Source: Acaryochloris marina S15
GTDB lineage: Bacteria; Cyanobacteriota; Cyanobacteriia; Thermosynechococcales; Thermosynechococcaceae
DNA length: 32,000 nt
Reading direction: 5' to 3'
Assembly (NCBI RefSeq): GCF_018336915.1
Contig: NZ_CP064923.1
Coordinates: 3,540,001-3,572,000 of the forward strand
Made by a program: the position numbers and the translations under genes. The notes beneath the pieces were generated by a model. The model saw only the letters and a list, made by a program, of their open reading frames with translations, was not told the origin of the DNA and did no database searches. This document shows positions 16,960 through 25,132 of the stretch, piece by piece (the first letter of the stretch is position 1; each line of letters starts with the position of its first letter).

Positions 16960-18939
16960 TCACTCAGGAATGATGCGGACTTTTCCAGAGCGCGGCTGAG
17001 CAGGAGAGGGTTGGGGGTGTTCTGATAATGTTTGGAGAGTAGCTAAGTTAGGGATTGTTTCAGGCATAGTTTGGGACTCGGCCATCCGCACCACAATATC
17101 TAACACCGACTTTTGCACCACTTCCATCAGCTCTTGCCGCAATTCAACGTTGTCAAATCCTTGAGTGCCGACTGCATAAAGGGGGTTACCTAATTTTTCT
17201 AGGGGCTGATCAATGGTGACTCCTAACAACTGTTCTAGAATGCGGCCTCCTTGGTGGGCCAGTCTGAGAACCGATAACCCCCATCGCACCAAACTGTCAT
17301 CCCAGGGTAAGCCCTGATGAAATCGAATGCGATCGATCACTCGCCAAGGTTCAAAAATTTCTTGCTCATGCAGTTTCCAAGTCTTGCACGGGGGAACATC
17401 TGCTTTTGCAGCAGCAATAATGCCATTGACAGCCCGACGGGCCGCTTCATTGGCTCCTTCCATCGTCGCTAGATCCGTATAGGTGCGGACGTAATCAGAA
17501 GCGAGAAACAGATTGGGAATATCCGTCACGGCATCAGGGCGCTTCGACCAAGTATTAATTAAATTGACTAGGAGTGGTTCTTCATTCGTGTCTCCTTCCC
17601 CTTCTACGAGATAAATGGCGGGATCCAAAAACCAATGGTCTAAAAATTCGTCTTTGAGAATTTCTTGACCGTGGATATTGATACTCTTTTTGAGTTGTGC
17701 CCAGACCTCATTTTTGACTTCTTCCCGGGTACATTCCTTGGCAGTTTTACCGTTGAGACCTGGTTCATCCCACTCGGAGATATCAACAGAGATGATGCCT
17801 TTAATTCGGCCATCCGCATACTGATTAAAATCAACCCCAGGCCAGAACTGTCGTTGGGAAATGGACGTGAGCGCCCAGGGAGAATCCACATAAATCGCAT
17901 GACCATGGGACAGGGGCACATCCTCTGTTAAATACAGTTGGATGCCATTCATCCAGGACACCCCGCCTTCACTGAGCTGATGGAGCTTGCCTAATTCTGG
18001 ATCCGCCGTTTTAATACTGTCGGTAACCAGCTCCGCCATGCGTTCGATCGGGACTGCAGCAATGTAATAGTCCCCTTGGGCCTGAAAGGTTTGTCCCTCT
18101 GTTTCAATCGTGACCCCCTGAATCAGGCCATTTACACAGTCAATGGCTAAGACCTTGGCCTCCAGATGATATTGCACCCCTTGTTGAATTAAGTAGGCCA
18201 GCCAAGGATTGATCCAGGCATCGTTGGTGGGTGCATTGAGCACGCGATCGCTACTCGGTCCCGGCTCTACTAAATCAAACAGGAGCTGGACAAAAATATC
18301 ACCAATCGTTTTGGTACTCGCCAGGTGGGCTTTTGCTGCGACCAAGGAGCGAGTAATGCCATGACCAAAAATTTTCTGATAGGCCGGGGAACGATGGTCT
18401 GCTTCTACAAACTCCCACCAGTCTTCTTTCTCATACTCCGCTAAGCGCCGTTCTTCACAGGAGGTAATGATTTGCCAGACCTTGGTGCCGAAAAACGCAA
18501 TTTCTTCGGGAGAAACTCCAAAGTCAGGTCCAAAGATGGTTGGAAACTCATTGAGAATTTCCTGGACATCTGAAAAGGTGCGAGGAGAGCGGGATGGAAA
18601 CACAATGGGACGCTGACCATAGCGAGCCATTTCGACCCGCGTAGTATCGACCAAATTATCGGCAACGGTTTTGTCTTTCCCGTAAGGAATCCGCGCCATT
18701 GTATCGACAATATGCTTGTAGAAGCGGGGGAAAAATCGGAAGCCATGTTCCCCAGGTAGTGGCTTCCGAGGGCCATTGGGTCCCATGCCCCCTGTATTGG
18801 GCACAGGAATACTGCGGGCCTTACCCCCCGGAATCTTCTTGGCTTCGTATACTTCTACGGCAAACCCTCGTTCAATCAGCTCATGGGCGGCACTCAGTCC
18901 GGCAACGCCGCCACCAAGGATCACAACCTTCTTTTGCAT
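16960..18939 (-). CDS. FAD-dependent oxidoreductase, amine oxidase / phytoene desaturase superfamily, with a 146-aa C-terminal extension
   Basis: The N-terminal dinucleotide fold is VVILGGGVAGLSAAHELIERGFAVEVYEAKKIPGGKA. The C-terminal FAD motif is FLASDYVRTYTDLATMEGANEAARRAV. After that, 146 further residues end in a Pro-rich linker and GKVRIIPE. The ATG has AGGAAA upstream. Confidence 0.85.
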   Translation of the reverse strand: MQKKVVILGGGVAGLSAAHELIERGFAVEVYEAKKIPGGKARSIPVPNTGGMGPNGPRKPLPGEHGFRFFPRFYKHIVDTMARIPYGKDKTVADNLVDTTRVEMARYGQRPIVFPSRSPRTFSDVQEILNEFPTIFGPDFGVSPEEIAFFGTKVWQIITSCEERRLAEYEKEDWWEFVEADHRSPAYQKIFGHGITRSLVAAKAHLASTKTIGDIFVQLLFDLVEPGPSSDRVLNAPTNDAWINPWLAYLIQQGVQYHLEAKVLAIDCVNGLIQGVTIETEGQTFQAQGDYYIAAVPIERMAELVTDSIKTADPELGKLHQLSEGGVSWMNGIQLYLTEDVPLSHGHAIYVDSPWALTSISQRQFWPGVDFNQYADGRIKGIISVDISEWDEPGLNGKTAKECTREEVKNEVWAQLKKSINIHGQEILKDEFLDHWFLDPAIYLVEGEGDTNEEPLLVNLINTWSKRPDAVTDIPNLFLASDYVRTYTDLATMEGANEAARRAVNGIIAAAKADVPPCKTWKLHEQEIFEPWRVIDRIRFHQGLPWDDSLVRWGLSVLRLAHQGGRILEQLLGVTIDQPLEKLGNPLYAVGTQGFDNVELRQELMEVVQKSVLDIVVRMAESQTMPETIPNLATLQTLSEHPQPSPAQPRSGKVRIIPE

Positions 18940-18987
18940 GATGTTTCCTGTCTAGCTATGAGGGAGGATGGGGATCAAAATTTGGGC

Positions 18988-19866
18988 TTAGGACAAAGAA
19001 AAGGCACTCACGGCACCTTCTTCCTTCACTCTCAGCACAAATTTCTCATAGACTCGGAACAGATATCTCGCCTCGTTATTGACATTTAAAAATTGCACGG
19101 TGGGGGAAGTGGCCACGACTAAATCAATGGGATCACCCGCTAAAGAAACGACCACAACTTGATAATCTTGTAATGTACTGGAACGTAAGAGCTGTGTACC
19201 TAACAAAGGCTCAATGCGATCTTTGGGTAGCACAAGAGAGTCATTTGGGGTATTTGCCTCAACAAACGCACCTTGACCTAGGATGCAAGCAAACGGACCC
19301 AGATGCCCACTTGACTCAAGGTTTGCGATCGCACCCGCAATATTAATAACAAGCCGCTCACCCGTAGAACCCGAAATTGGATCATATGACGATCTATCCA
19401 CAAGCCCATCTGCTTGTTGACCGCCCTTCACTCTACACAAAATGGGGCTTCTAGCAACCTTCAATTGTTGATTGGTTGGGTCAGCCTGAGGTAGGCCATT
19501 AAAAATGATTGCATCTTCTGAACGTGCTAATAAATTAGCTGCTCGCCGAAATACAGAAATTGCACCGATTAAATTCTCTTCAGCTAGCTGACGCTGTTTC
19601 AGCTCAATGTAAACAGACAACGTCCAAAGCCTTAGCGTATCAATATCGTCAACTTTAATAGGATCTAGTACTAGATCCTCGGATATGGGATCTTCTTCAG
19701 GTTCAACTTCAATTAGTGTTTGGCTGCGAACCACAGTGGCACTTTGTTCAAGGGGACCGCAACAAGCTAGAAATGATCCCGCAACACTAACCTTACTCAC
19801 CTCATCAGCAACAAGCTGTTGTATCTGATTCCACTGCTCAGAAGTCCAGTCAATTTGAGAGCTCAT
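18988..19866 (-). CDS. Encapsulin nanocompartment shell protein (family-1-like, Linocin_M18 / HK97 fold)
   Basis: This 292-aa protein is collinear with what I recall of T. maritima encapsulin and M. xanthus EncA. N-terminal WTSEQWNQIQQLV matches LTEKQWQEIDNRA. EDAIIFNG matches EDEVIFRG/EDELIFYG. SGHLGPFACILG matches QGHFGPYAVVLS. DLVVA...ARYLFRVYEKFVLRVKEEGAV matches DLAVS...HPFRVLEALLLRIKHPDAI. Confidence 0.8.
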   Translation of the reverse strand: MSSQIDWTSEQWNQIQQLVADEVSKVSVAGSFLACCGPLEQSATVVRSQTLIEVEPEEDPISEDLVLDPIKVDDIDTLRLWTLSVYIELKQRQLAEENLIGAISVFRRAANLLARSEDAIIFNGLPQADPTNQQLKVARSPILCRVKGGQQADGLVDRSSYDPISGSTGERLVINIAGAIANLESSGHLGPFACILGQGAFVEANTPNDSLVLPKDRIEPLLGTQLLRSSTLQDYQVVVVSLAGDPIDLVVATSPTVQFLNVNNEARYLFRVYEKFVLRVKEEGAVSAFSLS

Positions 19867-19993
19867 AGGGGCTGAATATCCTATATATCGAAAGATAAGC
19901 TAACTGCTTGCACAACACAGTTATTAGTAGAAAACCCAGTGCAGAAAATCAGATCATATAAACAAAATGGAATTGCCAAAAGTTTACAACAAA

Positions 19994-20878
19994 CTAGAGG
20001 GCATACAAATCATAAATTACGAGTAAATCTGACATTTGCACTTCCCCAATTCCGATGCACTGGAGTCGATTTAGCCATTTATACTTTGGATGCTCAGTTA
20101 AGAATCGAGGGGTTACTCTCAGTGGAGGGGCATTGAGCCATTGTTGCTTAAGGAAATTTTGATATCCCTTTTGTCCTAATTCAAAAACCCCTGAATATCT
20201 TGTTTGAATCAGGGCTCCATCAACCGTTTGAAGTGTGGCATAAGCCCCTACAATACCGATTCCATCATGACGAATAGTCATATGGTCTCCCCCTTGTGGA
20301 CCAAAAATGGCATTTAACTTTGGACCATTCACCTGTCCTGCCTTGATGGACCAGTTGACCTTCAAGCCCTCCGGAGTTTCTCCAATAATTTCAGGAGGCT
20401 CTTGTAACTGAACTTGCACAGTAGCAAGATAATTTAAATTACATGGGAATCGATGAAACTGCGATGACTTACTGGTTGGAGTTTTTGATGTGGATTGAGG
20501 AGTAGTTAATGACGATGGCAAATCATTGATAACAAAGGAGGAAGGAAATTGCTGCGTGTTGCAAACATTGGGTACTTGCCGTCCTGCACAAGATAGGGTT
20601 ACCAAATACTCTACTTTTTGGGGTTCCAATAATGACAGGAAATGAACTGAGAAGTATTGCTTTGCAGCGACATAATCAGAGTGGCGAAGTACACCAGCAG
20701 TGGATTGAACCAGTCTATTTTTATTTGAACGATAATAGACGGTAACCTTATTTGCCGGATGTAGTGGATAAACCCCAACTGTAATAGAGATGCCTTGCCT
20801 AGTTGCTATAAAGCTCTCAGATGCTGGAGCATCCTCCGTTCCATACCAAAGCTTTAACCCATCCTGGCAAACTTCCAT
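19994..20878 (-). CDS. Two-domain protein: N-terminal beta-rich domain of unknown function, S/T/P linker, C-terminal DUF3237 (UPF0311) domain
   Basis: The C-terminal half matches the DUF3237 pattern I recall: GQVNGPKL...GPQGGDHMTIRHDG...LQTVDGALIQTRYSG...RVTPRFLTEHPKYKWLNRLQCIGIG...LVIYDLYAL. The linker is LPSSLTTPQSTSKTPTSKSS. The ATG lies 9 nt after the upstream gene's stop. Confidence 0.75.
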   Translation of the reverse strand: MEVCQDGLKLWYGTEDAPASESFIATRQGISITVGVYPLHPANKVTVYYRSNKNRLVQSTAGVLRHSDYVAAKQYFSVHFLSLLEPQKVEYLVTLSCAGRQVPNVCNTQQFPSSFVINDLPSSLTTPQSTSKTPTSKSSQFHRFPCNLNYLATVQVQLQEPPEIIGETPEGLKVNWSIKAGQVNGPKLNAIFGPQGGDHMTIRHDGIGIVGAYATLQTVDGALIQTRYSGVFELGQKGYQNFLKQQWLNAPPLRVTPRFLTEHPKYKWLNRLQCIGIGEVQMSDLLVIYDLYAL

Positions 20879-20887
20879 GAGAACCTA

Positions 20888-23800
20888 TCATCCCTCTAAA
20901 GAGACAGAGCTTTCTAATTCATCTAGAAAAATACGGACTTGACTAAGGTCAGGCGTACCCAAGCTTTCCGTAAACCGATTATAAATTTCGGAGGTACATT
21001 CCCGAGCTGCGTTCACGCTACCCTGGGAAAGCCAAAAACGACCTAGGCCAAGAACAGCTCTAAGTTCCAACATGATCGAATTTTGTTTACGGGCAAGGGA
21101 TGTGGCTTTTTTAAAGCAGTCTTTCACGATGCTGACATCAGAAGCCTTGAGTATGGGTTGAGTTTGACTGAATTGTTGCCATAAAAACTCAGCTTTCAAA
21201 CGATATAACTCAGGCTCCATATGATGCTCATTCCGAGTTGTCGCCTCTTGAATTCCTGCTTCTAATGCTTGAAAGGCTTCCTCAAAACGCTCAGACAACC
21301 AATAAACCTCCGCCAACATCCCCATAACTTGTGGAAAAATAACTGAAGTTCCAGTGTTCTTAAATAACTCCAACCCTTCGATCATTTCCTGCAGACCATC
21401 TTGAGTTTTCCCTTGCCAAGCAATTGACCATCCATGAAAGAGCATCGCCACAGGAATCCACAATAGAAACCCTTCTGTGCGGGAGATATCCAGTAATTCT
21501 GCTGATTTTTCTTCAACTAAGGGCAAGTTACGAGTCAGATGATACTGATGCAAGCTAGCACCTAAGGCATAAGCTTTATTGGGAAGGTGGTTCAGGTTTT
21601 GGGCAAGTTCCATAGCAGTTTCTACCTGTTTGGGCAACTCATCTGGATAGCCCAACATCCAAAGGCTGCCTGCCAGAAACATGTGTATACATACTGCGGA
21701 AGAAAGCTGGGTTTCAAATACTAAATGTTGCTCTGCTTCAAACTCAAATCTGGTTAACCCTTCATTAGCGACCTCTCTGGCATCAACATATTCACCCCGA
21801 TAAAACTGGGTATAGCCCACTGCATGGCAAGCCATCTCATGCATGATCGGTTGATCAGCGAGTTGAGCTCTCTGCCATACTTCTCCTCCAGCCTCAAGGG
21901 CTTCATCCATTTGGCCACGGAGAAAGTAATTCGTCCACAGTCCCCATAAAGCCTTAGATTGACTTTGCTGGTCTTCAGTTTTTAGGCTGAGTACCTTTGC
22001 GCGAAGACAGGTTTGTTCAACTTCTACAGACGCCCAACCTTTAATCGCCATAAAGGCGGGAGCAAGGCAAAGCTGTATCTTCAGTTCCAATCCATCTCGT
22101 TCGTTGTTATCAGAAAGACCGTCAAGTAATTCAAGCCCTCGTATCAGATGTGCGATCGCTTCCGAATTCGCGGCTTGCTCTAAATCTCGTTGTCCAGCCT
22201 GTAACCAATATTGGATGGCAATATGCAGAAGCCCCGCTTCCGTGAAGTGATAGGCCAACAGCTCTGGGCGAATTGTTCCTTGATCATCCCTGCGTCGCTC
22301 CAGGGTATAGGCAATGCGCTGATGGTAAGCTTGCCGACGTATTTTCACTAAAGATTGGTAAGCCGCATCCTGGATCAGTGCATGTTTAAATTGATACTTA
22401 GCAAAAGGGGGAGACCCTTCTTGATAGAGGAGTCCCGATTCAACCAGTTGATTCAGACCATTGCGTAGAGTGGCTTGATTCCACTGAGACACCTCTTCTA
22501 ACAATTCATAGTCAAATTCACGTCCTAAGGTCGAGCCGAGTTGAGCCACTTCCTTCACAACAGACAGACGATCCAGGCGCTCAATCAAAGAGTCATGCAA
22601 CGTTGTCGGAATTGCCAGCGCGACATTGTCATCACTAGAACGGTTTAAGGCAGGGCTTTCATTAACATCTGCTTCTAGAACCGTTTTCGTCAATTCCTCC
22701 ACAAATAGGGGAATGCCATCTGTTTTCTGCACAATTTGTTGGACAAGGGACTGGGGCAGGGATTTCTCCTGAGCCGTTTGCTCAACCATCACCTGAATTT
22801 CTTCCCGTCCTAGGCTATCGAGCTTCAAAGAGTGAAGGTGAGGATAAGTATGCCAAGACGACGTAAATTCAGGACGACAGGTTAATAAAATGAGTAAGCG
22901 ATGATCTCGAATATGATCCAAAAAATAAGTAATGGCATCGAGGGTCGAAGCATCCATCCAATGGAGATCTTCAATCACCAGTAAGACAGGCTGTTGCTTC
23001 GCTAACGCCAAACAAACTGCTGTCATTGCCTCAATTGTTTGTTGTTTTTGCCGCTCAGGGGTCAAGTTTAACGGCGGATACTGTTCTTCAAAGGGAACGG
23101 CCAGTAAACTTGCAAATAAAGGGGCATATTCTCCTTGAGGCAAGGAACATTGCCCCATGAATTGTTCAATTTTTTCTAATTTCTCAGCAGATGTATCATC
23201 CTGAGAAAAGTTAAATGTAGCTTGCTTTAAAAATTCAGTAATGGGGTAGAAGGCACTATTACGATAGTACGGTGAACCTTGAATCTCAGTGAGCCATACG
23301 TCTTGGTTTTGAGCAACATTTTTTTTGATCTCCCAAACTAACCTAGACTTTCCCATCCCTGCTTCTCCTTGCAGCAGAACCGCACGGGTATGACCAGCAA
23401 TAGATTCTTGCCACCGTTCAGACAACAGTGCTGTTTCAGCAACTCGATTAACAAAAGGAGTTAACCCCGACTTTTCAGCAACAGCAAACCTGCTTTTGGC
23501 TTTACTTTCCTTAAGAACCTGAAAAATCACGATGGGATCTGAAATCCCTTTCAGTTTTTGTTGTTCCAATTGCTGGCATTCAAAAAACCCTTTCACTAGA
23601 CGTTGGGTTGCAGCACTAATGATGACTGTATTGGGTTGGGCCAGGGACTGTAAGCGAGCCGCTATGTTGGGTGTTGCCCCCACAATGGCCATGGGATCAG
23701 GTGCATTCTTCACCCCCATTTCGCCAATCACAACCAATCCAGTGTGAATTCCAATACGGACCGAAAGACGCTCTCCCCACTTTTTCATGATTTTGGGATT

Positions 23801-24346
23801 GAGTCTTTGCAGGGATTCTAATATCCGTAGACCACTGCTAACGGCTCTCCTGGCATCATCTTCATGGGCCCGAGGGTAGCCAAAATAGATTAGGACCCCA
23901 TCGCCTAAGTACCGGGCGATGTATCCTTCAGCATTCGAAATTGCCTTAGCACAGAGTTCCTGATAGGCCAAAAAAACATCCCGGAGATCTTCAGGATCAA
24001 GTCTTTCTGCTAAAGGCGACGACTCTACCAAATCGCAAAACATCACGGTTAATTGCCGTCGTTCTGTTTCCCGACTCCACCCATCCTCAGATGGAGTATT
24101 TATATTTGTTTTCAGCTTGTGAGTATGATTTTTATGTAAGGAAATTTGATGAGCTTCTAGAGTCTGAGCGACCAGTACTTCTTGATTGCGATCAACTGCA
24201 ATTTTTAGAACATCGATAATCTCATATTTTATGTCTTCTAAATATTGCTCATCAATGCCAAATTGTCGCTTAATCGCTCTGTAAGAAACTTGACCTCGAC
24301 GATGCAAAATCTCAATTATTTGTTCTAGAATCTCTTCAAAACTCAT
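20888..24346 (-). CDS. Multidomain signalling protein: class III adenylate/guanylate cyclase domain, AAA/STAND P-loop ATPase and C-terminal TPR-like repeats
   Basis: Cyclase motifs are present: LTVMFCDLVESS, YLGDGVLIYFGYP, VRIGIHTGLVVIGEMG, GATPNIAARLQS. The P-loop is LLQGEAGMGKSRLV and Walker B is VLLVIEDLHWMD. A long helical-repeat C-terminus follows. The N-terminal ~50 aa (ILEQIIEILHRRGQVSYRAIKRQFGIDEQYLEDIK) is typical of this architecture. Confidence 0.85.
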   Translation of the reverse strand: MSFEEILEQIIEILHRRGQVSYRAIKRQFGIDEQYLEDIKYEIIDVLKIAVDRNQEVLVAQTLEAHQISLHKNHTHKLKTNINTPSEDGWSRETERRQLTVMFCDLVESSPLAERLDPEDLRDVFLAYQELCAKAISNAEGYIARYLGDGVLIYFGYPRAHEDDARRAVSSGLRILESLQRLNPKIMKKWGERLSVRIGIHTGLVVIGEMGVKNAPDPMAIVGATPNIAARLQSLAQPNTVIISAATQRLVKGFFECQQLEQQKLKGISDPIVIFQVLKESKAKSRFAVAEKSGLTPFVNRVAETALLSERWQESIAGHTRAVLLQGEAGMGKSRLVWEIKKNVAQNQDVWLTEIQGSPYYRNSAFYPITEFLKQATFNFSQDDTSAEKLEKIEQFMGQCSLPQGEYAPLFASLLAVPFEEQYPPLNLTPERQKQQTIEAMTAVCLALAKQQPVLLVIEDLHWMDASTLDAITYFLDHIRDHRLLILLTCRPEFTSSWHTYPHLHSLKLDSLGREEIQVMVEQTAQEKSLPQSLVQQIVQKTDGIPLFVEELTKTVLEADVNESPALNRSSDDNVALAIPTTLHDSLIERLDRLSVVKEVAQLGSTLGREFDYELLEEVSQWNQATLRNGLNQLVESGLLYQEGSPPFAKYQFKHALIQDAAYQSLVKIRRQAYHQRIAYTLERRRDDQGTIRPELLAYHFTEAGLLHIAIQYWLQAGQRDLEQAANSEAIAHLIRGLELLDGLSDNNERDGLELKIQLCLAPAFMAIKGWASVEVEQTCLRAKVLSLKTEDQQSQSKALWGLWTNYFLRGQMDEALEAGGEVWQRAQLADQPIMHEMACHAVGYTQFYRGEYVDAREVANEGLTRFEFEAEQHLVFETQLSSAVCIHMFLAGSLWMLGYPDELPKQVETAMELAQNLNHLPNKAYALGASLHQYHLTRNLPLVEEKSAELLDISRTEGFLLWIPVAMLFHGWSIAWQGKTQDGLQEMIEGLELFKNTGTSVIFPQVMGMLAEVYWLSERFEEAFQALEAGIQEATTRNEHHMEPELYRLKAEFLWQQFSQTQPILKASDVSIVKDCFKKATSLARKQNSIMLELRAVLGLGRFWLSQGSVNAARECTSEIYNRFTESLGTPDLSQVRIFLDELESSVSLEG

Positions 24347-25132
24347 TTCAAGTCGCGGCTCTCTTGCTGAGAGAAAGTATTTAAGCTCAAAAAGTTACAA
24401 TATTTCTCCAAATTTGAGGTCAGTGTCTAGTCAAAGAGATTGAGATTTTAGCCGTAGTTAGATCGCCCTATAATCCCAGCATAACGCACCCACGACACAA
24501 AGAGCATAGAAGCTATGCAGGGAGGACAATAGAGTGAGATTTAGGCAAAGACGATTGCAGGGGGTTTCTCAATAACCGATACCTTGCTTAAAGGTCTTAA
24601 GGTTCTTAATATTAGACAGTCTATTAACTTAGATGAATTAGCTGGTATTCATGCCGTAGAAACCACATGCTGGGTCACTATATTCTAATATCATCAACCT
24701 CTTGCGAATACCCAGATCAATATAACCATTTGTAACAGCTGACCTTTGATATTCATCTCTTCAACCCTTTCTATCAAACCTAGAATAGAAAGACTTCAAA
24801 GTGTAGCCCTAGTGCCGTAACTCTCTTCACCAAAAAACAGGGTAACTTTCGGGCTGAAGACGAGCGGTCACAGTAGAAAGCTGAAATCAACATTCTCTGA
24901 AGAAGCGCTTGGACTATATTGAGGTTCTCTGGGAGATTGATAGCAATCCCCTTAAGATATAGAGAGTTTCAGAATCAGGTAGAGTACTTCTGGTCCTAAT
25001 CGTCTAACAAAATCCTTCTACAGGCTCATAGAGAGGATATCTAGTCTATAAGATAGATTTTGCCCCCTTATCAAGGAACAACAAAAGTTCAACCCACCGT
25101 TTAATCATTCAAAGGAAACTGACAGAGTAATT

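Noticed and set aside
17640-18941. Several 80-111 aa ORFs on both strands inside the flavoprotein gene (17640-17921, 17665-17931, 18441-18776, 18699-18941)
   Set aside because: They are alternative or antisense frames of a gene with clear FAD-binding motifs, and none has family-like sequence.
18988-19866. HK97-fold protein as a prophage major capsid remnant
   Set aside because: No terminase, portal, protease, tail or integrase genes occur anywhere in the window. The size (292 aa) and motifs match encapsulin shells rather than phage capsids, and HIP1 sites occur within and around the gene.
19939-20136. 65-aa plus-strand ORF spanning the DUF3237 gene 3' end and the spacer
   Set aside because: It overlaps the strongly supported DUF3237 C-terminus in antisense, and its translation has no features.
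22932-23747. Plus-strand ORFs (68 and 71 aa) inside the cyclase-STAND gene; also 249-482, 1937-2134, 4099-4556, 8965-9276, 9832-10071, 10553-10774, 11716-11931, 14582-14767, 18883-19089, 25507-25701, 26049-26255, 26908-27469 and 31440-31853 elsewhere
   Set aside because: All are short ORFs in alternative or antisense frames of confidently assigned genes, or they straddle gene ends. None shows motifs, RBS context or independent support.
24780-25132. Possible cobalamin riboswitch in the long leader upstream of the CobO-like gene
   Set aside because: I looked for the B12-box-like core (AGYCMGGAGACCKGCC type) and the GGTG..AA.TCC / CCCGC.AC.GTAA elements. I found only loose fragments (GGGAGATTGATAGCAATCC) without the downstream conserved core. 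A covariance-model scan (Rfam RF00174) would be decisive.
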